DNA of 64,000 nucleotides from Bythopirellula sp. (GTDB taxonomy: Bacteria; Planctomycetota; Planctomycetia; Pirellulales; Lacipirellulaceae). Of the stretch, positions 51,234 to 60,744 are shown piece after piece. The translations under genes and the position numbers were made by a program. Position 1 is the stretch's first letter. Each line of letters begins with the position of its first letter. The notes below the pieces were generated by a model. It did not search any database. It saw only the letters and a list, made by a program, of their open reading frames with translations, and was not told the origin of the DNA. The stretch is taken from positions 3,296,001 to 3,360,000 of the forward strand of contig OZ244170.1 of assembly GCA_965216565.1 (NCBI GenBank), given 5' to 3'.

Positions 51234-51488
51234 CTAAAGCTGTTCCAGTTTTATAGCTTCGTCTGGTAAGAGCACAGGAATTCCGTCTACTACCGGGTAA
51301 AGCAAGTCGCCTGCCTCTCGTAGGAGACCGGCGTCCATTTTCTTCTCCAGAGTCTGGCCGCAGTAGTTGATCAGCGTTCGATTCTCAATCGCCTGGTTCA
51401 GCTTGGCGACAAGCGCCGTATCGGCTTCGCTCAAGGAAGAATGGTCGTGCGGACAACGTAAGATGTCGAGTAACTCTTGATTGATCAA
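51234..51488 (-). CDS. Trm112/YcaR-like protein
   Basis: ELLDILRCP...LYPVVDGIPVLLPDEA. Confidence 0.85.
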   Translation of the reverse strand: MINQELLDILRCPHDHSSLSEADTALVAKLNQAIENRTLINYCGQTLEKKMDAGLLREAGDLLYPVVDGIPVLLPDEAIKLEQL

Positions 51489-51947
51489 ATGAATCTTCTC
51501 TCTATACAGTCGGCAACCTTAGGCATATGCGGGCTCATGCAAGTTGCTAGTATTCTGGGAAGTGCAGCCCGAGGTTTGCACGCATTTTATGGCTTGTTTG
51601 CGGCCACTGCTAGCGGACACCCCCAAGACGGGCGGATTTCAACGCCCCTAATTTGCCCAGATAGTGCTGGCATAGTGAGAATTCTCACCTCGGCCTGATG
51701 AACTTCTCCGACCCTGCCGATAACAACGGGGATGTCTCACAACGACCGAAGGGACGCGGTCTGGACATCGTGATAGACGAAACCGGGGTACTGGGTGGGC
51801 CAAGTTTCCAACTCTCTTCGACTGGAAGAAAGCCCATATTGGCGGGTCGCCGACTCGCGAGTGCTTTGAGAACCTGCCGAAAAGCAGGAACACGCGGCAC
51901 TAAATTGTTTGACTGTTTTCAGCCTAGTAATCGCCGAGGTAGATAGC

Positions 51948-52586
51948 ATGGAAGCTCATCGAAGATGGGCCGGCCCCGCGCTGGTACTTGTTTTCACCGT
52001 TCTCTCTCAAACCACATTCGCACAAAATACCCGCGTCGAAGAGCGTGATGGCGTGCGTTATCAAGTCTCAACCCGCAAAGTGCAACGCACAGTGCCGGTC
52101 ACAGAGATGCAGGATCGCCATCAGACGGTCTACACCCAGCAAATTACGACTGAGAATCTCACTTCCCAGCAAACGTACATCACTCCGGTTACGCAGTACC
52201 AACCCGTAACGCGGCTACGGGGCCGTTGGAACCCGTTTATCACGCCGTACTACACCTATGATGTAAAGCCGGTTACCACTTGGCATCAGTCGGTTGCCAA
52301 CGTGCAAGTCCCGGTGAGCCGTACAGCTTGGGTACCTCAAACCCAAACCGTGCAAGTGCCCGTCACTACTTACCGCACCGCGGAAGTTGAAGAAACAACC
52401 CGCGTCGCTATGAGCGAGCCGCGCACCTTCGCCACTGCCCAACCACTCGCGCCGACGGCCATCATCGCGGCGCGACCCAGCACTACGGTCATCAGTAGCA
52501 CTCCGCTAGGCGGCGTGGCACTGCAAAACGACCCGCCACGCTCGGGAACTGGCTGGCAATCTCCTGGCAACTCGCGATATCGCTAA
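51948..52586 (+). CDS. Secreted T/V/Q-rich planctomycete hypothetical protein
   Basis: GAGG RBS, signal peptide, repetitive VPVT motifs. Confidence 0.7.
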   Translation: MEAHRRWAGPALVLVFTVLSQTTFAQNTRVEERDGVRYQVSTRKVQRTVPVTEMQDRHQTVYTQQITTENLTSQQTYITPVTQYQPVTRLRGRWNPFITPYYTYDVKPVTTWHQSVANVQVPVSRTAWVPQTQTVQVPVTTYRTAEVEETTRVAMSEPRTFATAQPLAPTAIIAARPSTTVISSTPLGGVALQNDPPRSGTGWQSPGNSRYR

Positions 52587-52691
52587 TCATTTAGTGGTTG
52601 CTTAGTTGATAGTCACTAGAAGGTCACTTCTGGTGACTGAAGCTCGCACATCGCCGCGATCTGCCAGGCTGCCGAGACAAATTGCTCGAAG

Positions 52692-53207
52692 CTATGGAGC
52701 CGTTGACGAACGCCAATGTCGCCAGGAGACATAGCCCATCAACACACCACCCATCGCATAGGCTGCCGCTGCGCACCACATCAGGGTCTCGTGACCTCGG
52801 GCATCCAGTTGCCGAAGCGTGAGTGAAGTGGAGATGGCAAAGAAGGCTGCAAATAGCACGGTGAACCCAACCACAAACGAGTGGTCCACCTCGCGCAGTT
52901 GCTTTTTCATTTCTAACCAATGCTCCCAGCCTGTAATCTGACCATTGATCGGCTCGACCACTTCACGCACGTAGCGACCTGCGCGGGCAATGTTATTCTG
53001 TTCGGCGGTAAAGGAGAGCATCAGGGCTATTAACAAGAAAGGAATCGCGGCATTGGCAAAGGCAGACGGATGCTCGGCGGCCAAGTAGCCAGAGACCATC
53101 ACCAGAACAATCGCGACGATCAGCAACCAGAAGATTCGTGACTTCGATTCTCGGATTTCATCCTTCAACGAGAGATATTGCTGCTTGGTAAATTCATCGT
53201 TCGTCAT
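52692..53207 (-). CDS. Hypothetical 4-TM membrane protein
   Basis: GGAGG RBS before ATG 53207; QYLSLKDEI followed by four hydrophobic segments. Confidence 0.7.
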   Translation of the reverse strand: MTNDEFTKQQYLSLKDEIRESKSRIFWLLIVAIVLVMVSGYLAAEHPSAFANAAIPFLLIALMLSFTAEQNNIARAGRYVREVVEPINGQITGWEHWLEMKKQLREVDHSFVVGFTVLFAAFFAISTSLTLRQLDARGHETLMWCAAAAYAMGGVLMGYVSWRHWRSSTAP

Positions 53208-53447
53208 CTTGGGCCTCCGAAATTTGAAGCAGGTATTCAAGAAAAGAGTGTGAGAAATAAGCGTTGCAGTCTCCACGTAGTTTCCACGCAAGGTCCAGAT
53301 TCTTGCACTCTCTGTGCAAGAGCCGTCGATCGCCCTCCTCCTGTCGCCTCTGCAAGCCCTTTCGTCACTGTAATCGCAGGATATTCTAAACACAACGGGG
53401 CAAGGCCCGCCTTTCCGAAACAGGGCTCGGTGCGATAAGATGCGTCA

Positions 53448-54449
53448 ATGAAAGTCGCCATCTTCAGCACCAAGCCCTACGATCGCAGGTTCTTCGAGTC
53501 GGTCAACGAAAGCCATGGCCATAATCTCGTGTTCTTCGAGACCCGGCTCAGCAGCGAATCGGTGAAGTTGGCTGCCGGTTTTCCCATCGTATGTGTGTTT
53601 GTCAACGACCTGCTAGATAAGTCGATGGTTGCTGAGCTGGCGTCACACGGCACACGGCTAATCGCGCTGCGGTGTGCGGGCTATAACAATGTCGATTTGT
53701 CAGCTGCCGCCAAGAACGATCTCACGATTGCCCGCGTCCCATCGTATTCCCCTTACGCCGTGGCCGAGCACACGGTGGGTCTATTGCTAACACTTAATCG
53801 CAATATCCATCGTGCGTACAACCGAGTGCGAGAAGGCAACTTCGCCATTGACGGGTTGTTAGGATTCGACCTGCATGGCAAGACAGTTGGCGTTTTGGGT
53901 ACCGGACGCATCGGGGCTCTGGTTTGTAGAATATTAAACGGCTTCGGTTGCAAGCTACTCGCCTACGATGTGAAGCCAAACCCTGATTGCGAATCGCTCG
54001 GCGTCGAGTACGTCGAGCGAGAGGAGATTTTTGCATCATCTGACATCGTCACACTTCACTGCCCTCTTACTCCCGAAACGCATCACGTCATCGATGCCGT
54101 GGCCATCGACCAGATGCAAAAGGGGACACTGCTTGTCAATACTAGCCGAGGCCCGTTGGTGGATACCGACGCGGTGGTTGCTGGTTTGAAGTCGGGCAAG
54201 CTCGGAGCCGTTGGCCTGGACGTCTATGAAGAAGAAGCAGATCTTTTTTTTGAGGACCTTTCGAACCAAGTGCTGCAAGACGACACACTAGCACGACTAC
54301 TCACATTCCCCAACGTATTAATCACTAGTCATCAAGCATTTTTTACCCGCGAGGCAATGCAGAATATCGCAGAGACCACTTTGTCGAACATCACTGCATT
54401 TGAACATGGCGAACTCGATCCCACAAATGTTGTTTCAGAGTCGAGCTAA
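53448..54449 (+). CDS. ldhA: D-lactate dehydrogenase / D-2-hydroxyacid dehydrogenase
   Basis: [39 protein letters not shown]. Confidence 0.9.
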   Translation: MKVAIFSTKPYDRRFFESVNESHGHNLVFFETRLSSESVKLAAGFPIVCVFVNDLLDKSMVAELASHGTRLIALRCAGYNNVDLSAAAKNDLTIARVPSYSPYAVAEHTVGLLLTLNRNIHRAYNRVREGNFAIDGLLGFDLHGKTVGVLGTGRIGALVCRILNGFGCKLLAYDVKPNPDCESLGVEYVEREEIFASSDIVTLHCPLTPETHHVIDAVAIDQMQKGTLLVNTSRGPLVDTDAVVAGLKSGKLGAVGLDVYEEEADLFFEDLSNQVLQDDTLARLLTFPNVLITSHQAFFTREAMQNIAETTLSNITAFEHGELDPTNVVSESS

Positions 54450-54503
54450 AATCTCCTGGCTAAAGTTATATCCAGTTGTCTTTACGCATGCCGAAAGCCT
54501 GTA

Positions 54504-55763
54504 ATGAATAGAAAAAGTATGCTCCACTTCCCTATTCTCGCCTCAGCTCTGCTGCTGGGCACGCCTGCCCACGCTGGGGAGCTTCCTACCTCTACGCCAG
54601 AACAAGAAGGCATCTCTGCTGAGAAGCTGGAGCAGGTAGATGAAGTCATGAATGGATTTGTCAGTGATCGAATAATCGCTGGCGGAACCGTGATCATCGC
54701 TCGCCACGGCAAAGTAGTTTTCAATGAATGCTACGGTCTGAAGCACCTGGAAAGTAGAGAACCGATCAGTGAGGACACCATCTTCCGCATCTATTCCATG
54801 AGCAAGGCAATCACGTCGTCAGCAGCGCTAATTCTTGCAGATGATGGAAAACTCGACCTGAATGCACCCGTCTCCAGGTACTTGCCAGAATTTGCAGAAT
54901 TGCAGGTGCTAGAGGAGGAGTCGGAGCGTCCCGCACAGCACGAGATGACAGTCACCGACTTGTTCCTGCATACCTCGGGCATCATCTACGGATCAGCAGC
55001 GGGAAGCGATGTCGAGAAGATGTTCGAAGTCGTGAACGTGCTCGACAAGAATTCCGACTTATCCCTGATGACTACTAAGCTGGGACAAATTCCACTCGCA
55101 TTCGATCCGGGCCAAGATTGGCAGTATGGGGCGTCGTCAGATGTACTTGGCCGAGTGGTAGAAGTAGCTTCGGGTCAGGCCCTCGACGAGTTTCTGCGCA
55201 CGCGAATTTTTGCTCCCCTAGGCATGGACGACACAGGATTCTACGTGCCGCCCGAGAAACAAGATCGTTTTGCTGCCAATTACTACTCCGACAATCAAGG
55301 ACGGCTGATCATCCGCGACGAGCCAACGAAAAGTCGCTACCTAAAGATGCCGGGGCTTCAGTCAGGCGGTGGTGGCTTAGTAGGAACCGCGGCTGACTAC
55401 ATGCGATTCCTACTGATGATTGAGCGCGGCGGCGCCGTCAATGGCACCCGCATTCTCTCCCCAGAATCTGTCGGCCTTATGACAACCAATCAACTGCCGG
55501 AGCAGGCCGGTTGGGTGACTTTCGGCGAGGATGTCCAAACGGGCGTCGGTTTCGGATTCGGATTTTCCGTGGCCACGAAACCGCTCGAAGGCGACCCCCA
55601 CGCACGGCAAGACGAGTACGGATGGGGTGGTGCGGCAAGTACCCACTACTGGATCTCTCCCCGCGACGAACTAGTCGTGGTGACGATGGAACAATGCATG
55701 CCCTTCACCACCCGCACGGAAGACGCACTGAAGCCCATTATCTACGACGCGATTATCAAGTAG
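54504..55763 (+). CDS. Serine hydrolase, beta-lactamase class C/esterase family
   Basis: FRIYSMSK (SxxK), LHTSG, WQYG, WGGAAST; signal peptide. Confidence 0.9.
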   Translation: MNRKSMLHFPILASALLLGTPAHAGELPTSTPEQEGISAEKLEQVDEVMNGFVSDRIIAGGTVIIARHGKVVFNECYGLKHLESREPISEDTIFRIYSMSKAITSSAALILADDGKLDLNAPVSRYLPEFAELQVLEEESERPAQHEMTVTDLFLHTSGIIYGSAAGSDVEKMFEVVNVLDKNSDLSLMTTKLGQIPLAFDPGQDWQYGASSDVLGRVVEVASGQALDEFLRTRIFAPLGMDDTGFYVPPEKQDRFAANYYSDNQGRLIIRDEPTKSRYLKMPGLQSGGGGLVGTAADYMRFLLMIERGGAVNGTRILSPESVGLMTTNQLPEQAGWVTFGEDVQTGVGFGFGFSVATKPLEGDPHARQDEYGWGGAASTHYWISPRDELVVVTMEQCMPFTTRTEDALKPIIYDAIIK

Positions 55764-55838
55764 CGCAGAGAGTCGGCGTTTTAGAAATCGCAAATACTAG
55801 TCGCGATCCGGCAGATCGCCGATGAGCGATTAATTTGC

Positions 55839-56132
55839 TCAACTGCGTGCACGGCGACGCGATTTCCGACCGCTTGGCGTGGCGGACCAGTCTTTGGTCA
55901 GAGATTCGAATACTTCCGGCGCCTCGTAGCGAACAATCCCCTTGCCCTCTGGCATTGGTCCAATCAGGCCCCGAAAGACGGGCATTCCTCGAAGACTCAA
56001 GTCAGTACTACAATCGTCGATGCCAATTTGGGTATGCATTTCCATGACAGTGTCGTGCTGATCGTAGTCGCGAGTGCGTAATTCGCCGTTTTTTCCTCGA
56101 GTCACAATTCGGATTGTTTTTTCAGCGGGCAT
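55839..56132 (-). CDS. Hypothetical protein
   Basis: Compact ORF with protein-like composition (IGIDDCSTDL.LRG.PVFRGLIGPM..VRYE). Confidence 0.65.
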   Translation of the reverse strand: MPAEKTIRIVTRGKNGELRTRDYDQHDTVMEMHTQIGIDDCSTDLSLRGMPVFRGLIGPMPEGKGIVRYEAPEVFESLTKDWSATPSGRKSRRRARS

Positions 56133-56442
56133 AGGTGGGTTCGCACTTGTTGGATTTTTGGGGAGGGCGGTTCAGGACATTAGCAAGCATCGGTATCTGG
56201 CGGGCAAATGTGCGAACGTTTTTTGGTGTCCGTCGCACTACCTACAGAGGGAGGAACCTGCATAGGCGGACTTCTCTGGAGCTTCCTCACAAAATCGCTC
56301 CGAAGAGGACGGCGGGGCTGGTTATGACGGTCCCACAACCCACGAGTTTGCGGGGTATGCCAATTGGCCCTGCTAGAGAGAAATGAAAGGCTAGCTGTTC
56401 TTGCCGGACTGTGCCGCGAACATTAGATTAGAGGGTGCCGAA

Positions 56443-56525
56443 GGAGGATACGCGAATTGGCTAGCAGCCTGACTCGAAATCAGGTGCCCCGCAAGGGGTT
56501 GAGGGTTCGAGTCCCTTGTCCTCCG
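56443..56525 (+). tRNA. tRNA-Ser(CGA), long variable arm
   Basis: GGAGGAT/GTCCTCC acceptor; CCTGA-CTCGAAA-TCAGG anticodon arm; GCCCC-GCAA-GGGGT variable arm; GAGGG-TTCGAGT-CCCTT T arm. Confidence 0.92.
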
Positions 56526-56531
56526 CTTGAG

Positions 56532-56559
56532 AAGCCTCCGCAGTAGCGGAGGCTTTTTT
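56532..56559 (+). terminator. Intrinsic terminator after tRNA-Ser
   Basis: aagcctccgc-agta-gcggaggctt followed by tttt. Confidence 0.85.
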
Positions 56560-56595
56560 CGTTTCAAGAGTGACGAAGTGGGGGCTATTCGCCCG

Positions 56596-58125
56596 CTACT
56601 TTGGCCAGGTAAAACAAATCTTGGTACCCCGGGGCTGGTTCTGTTCAATCCAGATTCTGCCCCCGTTGCTCTCGATAATTCTTTTTACGATTGCCAAGCC
56701 CATCCCACTGCCCTCCACTTCGTCTCGCGGTTGAAGTGTTTGGAACATGGTAAATGCCTTCTGATATAGCTCTGGGCTGATACCAGGACCATCATCACTA
56801 ACCCTAAAGAAAGTCATATCGCGTTGGTCGATCGTCTCGACAAGTATGTTGCCGTTCTCTTGATCGTGATGCTTGAGTGAATTGGAGACGAGGTTGCGAA
56901 TGACTGTTTCTAGCGAAATCCGATAGCCGCGTAATTGAGTGACTTCGAACTGGGTTTTGACAGAGAAACCCTCTTTCTTGTTTAACTCGGAGACATTCTC
57001 CATGACTTCGTTCAGGTCGATGATCGTTTCCTCACCCTGCGAGCGACCCGCTCGCGAATACTCAAGCAAATCGCTCAGCAACTTATCCATGCGCGCTGTG
57101 CGCGACTTCAATTGCTTGAGATGCTTAGCTGCCTCCTCGGACAACTTTCCCTTCATATCTTCTTCAATCCAGCTAGACAAATGACTAATTGCCCTCAACG
57201 GGGCCTTCAGATCATGCGAGGCCACGTAAGTGAACTCTTGCAAGTCGCGATTAACCCGTTCCAGTTCATTGGCGTGTCGCTTCAGATCCGAGATGTCGGA
57301 CCAGGTCGAAGAACTGTAGAGTATTGCCCCATTCTCATCCCTTACCGACGAGACATTCAATATCACAGGCAATTCGCTGCCATCGGAACGCTTGAGCGAT
57401 AGTTCTGCGTTCTCCACTGAGCCTGAGTCCACAAATTGTCGAAAAGCACGCTCGACATCCTTTCGACATCCTTCGTGATAGATGAAGTGAATCGATTGGC
57501 CCAGGATTTGGTCTTTAGCGTCGTAGCCGAGTCGGTCGACGAGAAGCTGATTGCAATCCTTAATGGTCGCATTCAATGGGTCGACGTGGGCATGCATTGC
57601 AGGCGACTCCTCATAGAGAGCTTTGTACTTTCGCTCACTCTCCTGAAGTTGACGAATCAGATTCTGAAGCTCTGCATTCAGTTTTTGCAGAATCTCATTG
57701 TTAAGCTTCTTATCCGTCGCGTCTCGAGCTATGGCATACATGAATGAATCGCCCGGTTGAACAGCCGGACAGGTCCACTCCAACCATCGATACTCGCCAT
57801 CCTTGGTTCTATAGCGATTCGTAAATCCACGTAGATCTTGCCCCTTCGCAATTTCGCCAAGAACTTCCCTGGTGCTCTCTCGGTCTTCGGGATGAACAAA
57901 CTCCATATAGGGTTTGCCGAGGAGTTCTTCTAAGGAATATCCCAAGACGTGCGACCATGCGGGATTGAGCTTTGTAAAATAACCGTCAAGATTCGCGACA
58001 CAGATCAGGTCGAGAGAAATTGAGAAGAACGTTTCAATTTCCGACTCAGTCCAAACCTGAGTAAATCCTGAACCCTCGCCCTGGAGGACACCTTGAGGCT
58101 TTGATGATTTCTGATTGGCAGTCAT
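56596..58125 (-). CDS. Cytoplasmic PAS-PAS sensor histidine kinase
   Basis: Two PAS/PAC domains; ASHDLKAPLR H-box; NLVSNSLKH, DDGPGI, GSGMGLA. Confidence 0.93.
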   Translation of the reverse strand: MTANQKSSKPQGVLQGEGSGFTQVWTESEIETFFSISLDLICVANLDGYFTKLNPAWSHVLGYSLEELLGKPYMEFVHPEDRESTREVLGEIAKGQDLRGFTNRYRTKDGEYRWLEWTCPAVQPGDSFMYAIARDATDKKLNNEILQKLNAELQNLIRQLQESERKYKALYEESPAMHAHVDPLNATIKDCNQLLVDRLGYDAKDQILGQSIHFIYHEGCRKDVERAFRQFVDSGSVENAELSLKRSDGSELPVILNVSSVRDENGAILYSSSTWSDISDLKRHANELERVNRDLQEFTYVASHDLKAPLRAISHLSSWIEEDMKGKLSEEAAKHLKQLKSRTARMDKLLSDLLEYSRAGRSQGEETIIDLNEVMENVSELNKKEGFSVKTQFEVTQLRGYRISLETVIRNLVSNSLKHHDQENGNILVETIDQRDMTFFRVSDDGPGISPELYQKAFTMFQTLQPRDEVEGSGMGLAIVKRIIESNGGRIWIEQNQPRGTKICFTWPK

Positions 58126-58320
58126 TTGAAATTAGCCCGATGCTTTTTGGCAACGCCTCGACTCGATTCTCTATTCAAAGATACGAGAATTCGTCTCGAA
58201 ATGCACTCCCAGCATCGATGAAACTAATGCTGACCCTAGAAGTGAGTGTTCAGCGATTGACTAAACCCATTGCAATCACCATGAGAGTCTGAGGGATTCC
58301 TTAATGAGATCCCACTTGGC

Positions 58321-59061
58321 TCAAATTGCATCAACAAGGAACTGCGGGTTAAGAGGCTTGCGGAACCATCGGTCCACGCCCCCCTCGCCAATCTCTAGAT
58401 TGTTGTCTTCTGGAGTAGAACCGCTAATCGCAAAAACACGTGTCTCATTATGCACACCATCCGAACGCAGTTGGCGGACCATTTCTCCGCCGCTACATCG
58501 TGGCATGTTCATGTCGACTAGGACCACCGAAGGATCGTTATGGCCTGCTAGGTACTCTAGTGCCTCGTCCCCGTCTCGAGCCGATACGACCGTATGGCCT
58601 TGCAATCGAAGAAAACCTGCAAGCATTTCGCGCTCGTTGTCATCGTCTTCCACGATAAGCACGGTCCCTGGTAGGTTTACCGTGCCCCCTGTGTTTGGAC
58701 TCTTTAGCACGTCGTTATCGTCAAGACGTTCGATGGCCCCCTGTATTTCACGAAAAGTATCAGTGGCTTCGTCACTAGCTCCAGCCTTCACCTGCTCTCT
58801 GAACAAATGAAGTCCGATACTAATCGCATGCAGTTCGTTCCGGATCTCGTGACGCACTTCTTTGGGTAGTAGGGACCATTGTTCCCTGAGCTTTTCTGCT
58901 GCTTCCGGATTATCGGATACCTCATCCCGAACAATGACGATGTCGCGGGGTGCGTCGATCCCGACTTTGGCCGTGCCCCCTTGGACTCGGACAAAATGAA
59001 CAGTGATGCCCACTTGTGGAAAAGAAATACGGTCGGATGTTCTGCGCGAGATGACGAGCAT
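58321..59061 (-). CDS. CsrA-like domain + HisKA-like helix pair + receiver fusion
   Basis: MLVISRR...KVGIDAPRDIVIVRDEV; RHEIRNEL; LIVEDD, VLVDMNMP, AISG, RKP. Confidence 0.85.
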   Translation of the reverse strand: MLVISRRTSDRISFPQVGITVHFVRVQGGTAKVGIDAPRDIVIVRDEVSDNPEAAEKLREQWSLLPKEVRHEIRNELHAISIGLHLFREQVKAGASDEATDTFREIQGAIERLDDNDVLKSPNTGGTVNLPGTVLIVEDDDNEREMLAGFLRLQGHTVVSARDGDEALEYLAGHNDPSVVLVDMNMPRCSGGEMVRQLRSDGVHNETRVFAISGSTPEDNNLEIGEGGVDRWFRKPLNPQFLVDAI

Positions 59062-59117
59062 TTGTTTTACTACTGAACCAGTAACTCCATTTGTGGTTGC
59101 TCGTGTAAGAGCCCGAA

Positions 59118-59159
59118 TTAGGGCAACCTGCTAAGGGAAACCCACTAAGGACTAACTCG
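59118..59159. promoter_or_regulatory. Three tandem 14-bp TAAGGG-W3-CCC-like boxes in a divergent promoter
   Basis: ttagggcaacctgc | taagggaaacccac | taaggactaactcg. Confidence 0.55.
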
Positions 59160-59501
59160 AAAGACTATCACCCAACCTCTACTGCGGTCAACCTAGCGTT
59201 GCTTTAGCCTATAAAAGTGGTGGTTGTTAATTGGGGGACTCCAATCAAGTTGGGTTCCGACAATAGGCCGCACCAAACAGAGATTGGACATTCGAACGAA
59301 ACGTTCACCTGGGAATTAAGGTTTTCCCTCGAATTGTCCGTACAGGCAGTAAATCTGGTACAGCCCAACTGATTTCGAAGAGGAAGAGCCACTTCGGCCC
59401 CTTTCATGGCCTATCTTTGAGAGAAGTTCTAGCACCACAAATATGCGATTAGACAGGTGATCTCTGACTCGGATTGGAAGACAGGAAAAGGCAATAGGAC
59501 A

Positions 59502-59912
59502 ATGACGATTGAAAACGGAGTAGTAGCGGCAACCCGAATCCTGATGATCGAAGACGATTCCGTTGACGAAGAGAATATTCGTCGACTACTGCAAGTCGCG
59601 GATGGCGAGTACGCCGTCTCTGCCAGGACTTGCCTACAAGCCGGAGTCGAAGTTCTTCGATCCGAGGAATTTGACGTTGTGCTACTGGATCTCACGCTAC
59701 CTGATAGCTATGGGATGGATACTGTCAAACGTCTCGTTGAAGAGTTTCCAGGCACCCCGATCATTGTTTTGTCGGGCGTAGATGCCGAGCATTTTGCTCA
59801 GTCGGCTATCGAGCACGGCGTGAAAGACTACTTGATCAAAGGCCAGGCATCGGGGCAAGTTGTCTGCGAAGCAATCAGCCGAGTCATGGAAAGCGTGAGT
59901 TCCGACGCTTAG
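59502..59912 (+). CDS. Single-domain response regulator
   Basis: ILMIEDD, VLLDLTLPD, VLSG, YLIK. Confidence 0.88.
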   Translation: MTIENGVVAATRILMIEDDSVDEENIRRLLQVADGEYAVSARTCLQAGVEVLRSEEFDVVLLDLTLPDSYGMDTVKRLVEEFPGTPIIVLSGVDAEHFAQSAIEHGVKDYLIKGQASGQVVCEAISRVMESVSSDA

Positions 59913-59955
59913 CCGCTCATGTTGGTGAAGCCCTCAGCCTAGCCTCACGCAATGG

Positions 59956-60396
59956 TCACATCTCCGAAATTGGCGGCATCTCGATCACCCGCCAATAGTG
60001 ATCAAGCAACCCGATTAGCTGAATGAAGTCTTCTCCCGCCTTCGATTTAATCATGTAGCCTGCAACATGATTTTCATATGCGGCCAGCATATCGCGATCG
60101 TCGTCCGAGGTTGTCAGCACAAAGACAATTGATTTATCAAGTTCCGGGTCTTTGCGTAATTCTTCCAGGAACTCAATGCCATTCATGCGTGGCATATTGA
60201 GATCTAGCAGAACGATATAAGGGGGCTCAAGCTTCTCTTGCCCCTCTTCCCCACGAAGCATCTGCAAAGCTTCCATCCCATCCGAGGCATTCACGATCGG
60301 ATTGGCAATTTTGGCTTTTTTGAATGCGCGTTCGATGGCTTCCGCATCAATCGCATCGTCTTCCACTAGTAACACAGTTACCGTATTGCTCGACAT
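59956..60396 (-). CDS. Single-domain response regulator (Rcp1-like)
   Basis: VLLVEDD, LLDLNMPRMNG, FVLTTSDDDRD, GYMIK, YW. Confidence 0.92.
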   Translation of the reverse strand: MSSNTVTVLLVEDDAIDAEAIERAFKKAKIANPIVNASDGMEALQMLRGEEGQEKLEPPYIVLLDLNMPRMNGIEFLEELRKDPELDKSIVFVLTTSDDDRDMLAAYENHVAGYMIKSKAGEDFIQLIGLLDHYWRVIEMPPISEM

Positions 60397-60744
60397 ATCA
60401 GATTACTCCCCGTTGCTCGAAACCAAATCACGTTCAATGAGATCGGCTCATGCATTCTCGGGCTAGGGCCGGCAGAAGCATTAATCCAAGTCGACCAGAG
60501 TCCCTGCCATCGCATTGTCTGCGGATTGGTTCCGGTTGGCAAGGTATAGCCGACCCCTCGCAAATCTCGCACGTAAGATACACAGGCGATTCTGCCAATA
60601 TTGCCTGAATGTTGACCGAATTGCACCTGGCTGTTGATCTACTCCAGTGTCTTTTCACTCTTGGTCTGTTTTGTTAGCATAAATCAGCCTTTTCTTATGA
60701 TTCTTACCAGCTACGAATACCCCAATTGATGGAGCGATTGTACG

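Noticed and set aside
51695..51790. Hammerhead ribozyme (CTGATGA...GAAA)
   Set aside because: The bases flanking the core do not form stem II and I could not build stems I and III.
53448..54449. D-lactate dehydrogenase as part of the island pathway (pyruvate sink)
   Set aside because: It lies outside the right att among housekeeping genes; no evidence of linkage.
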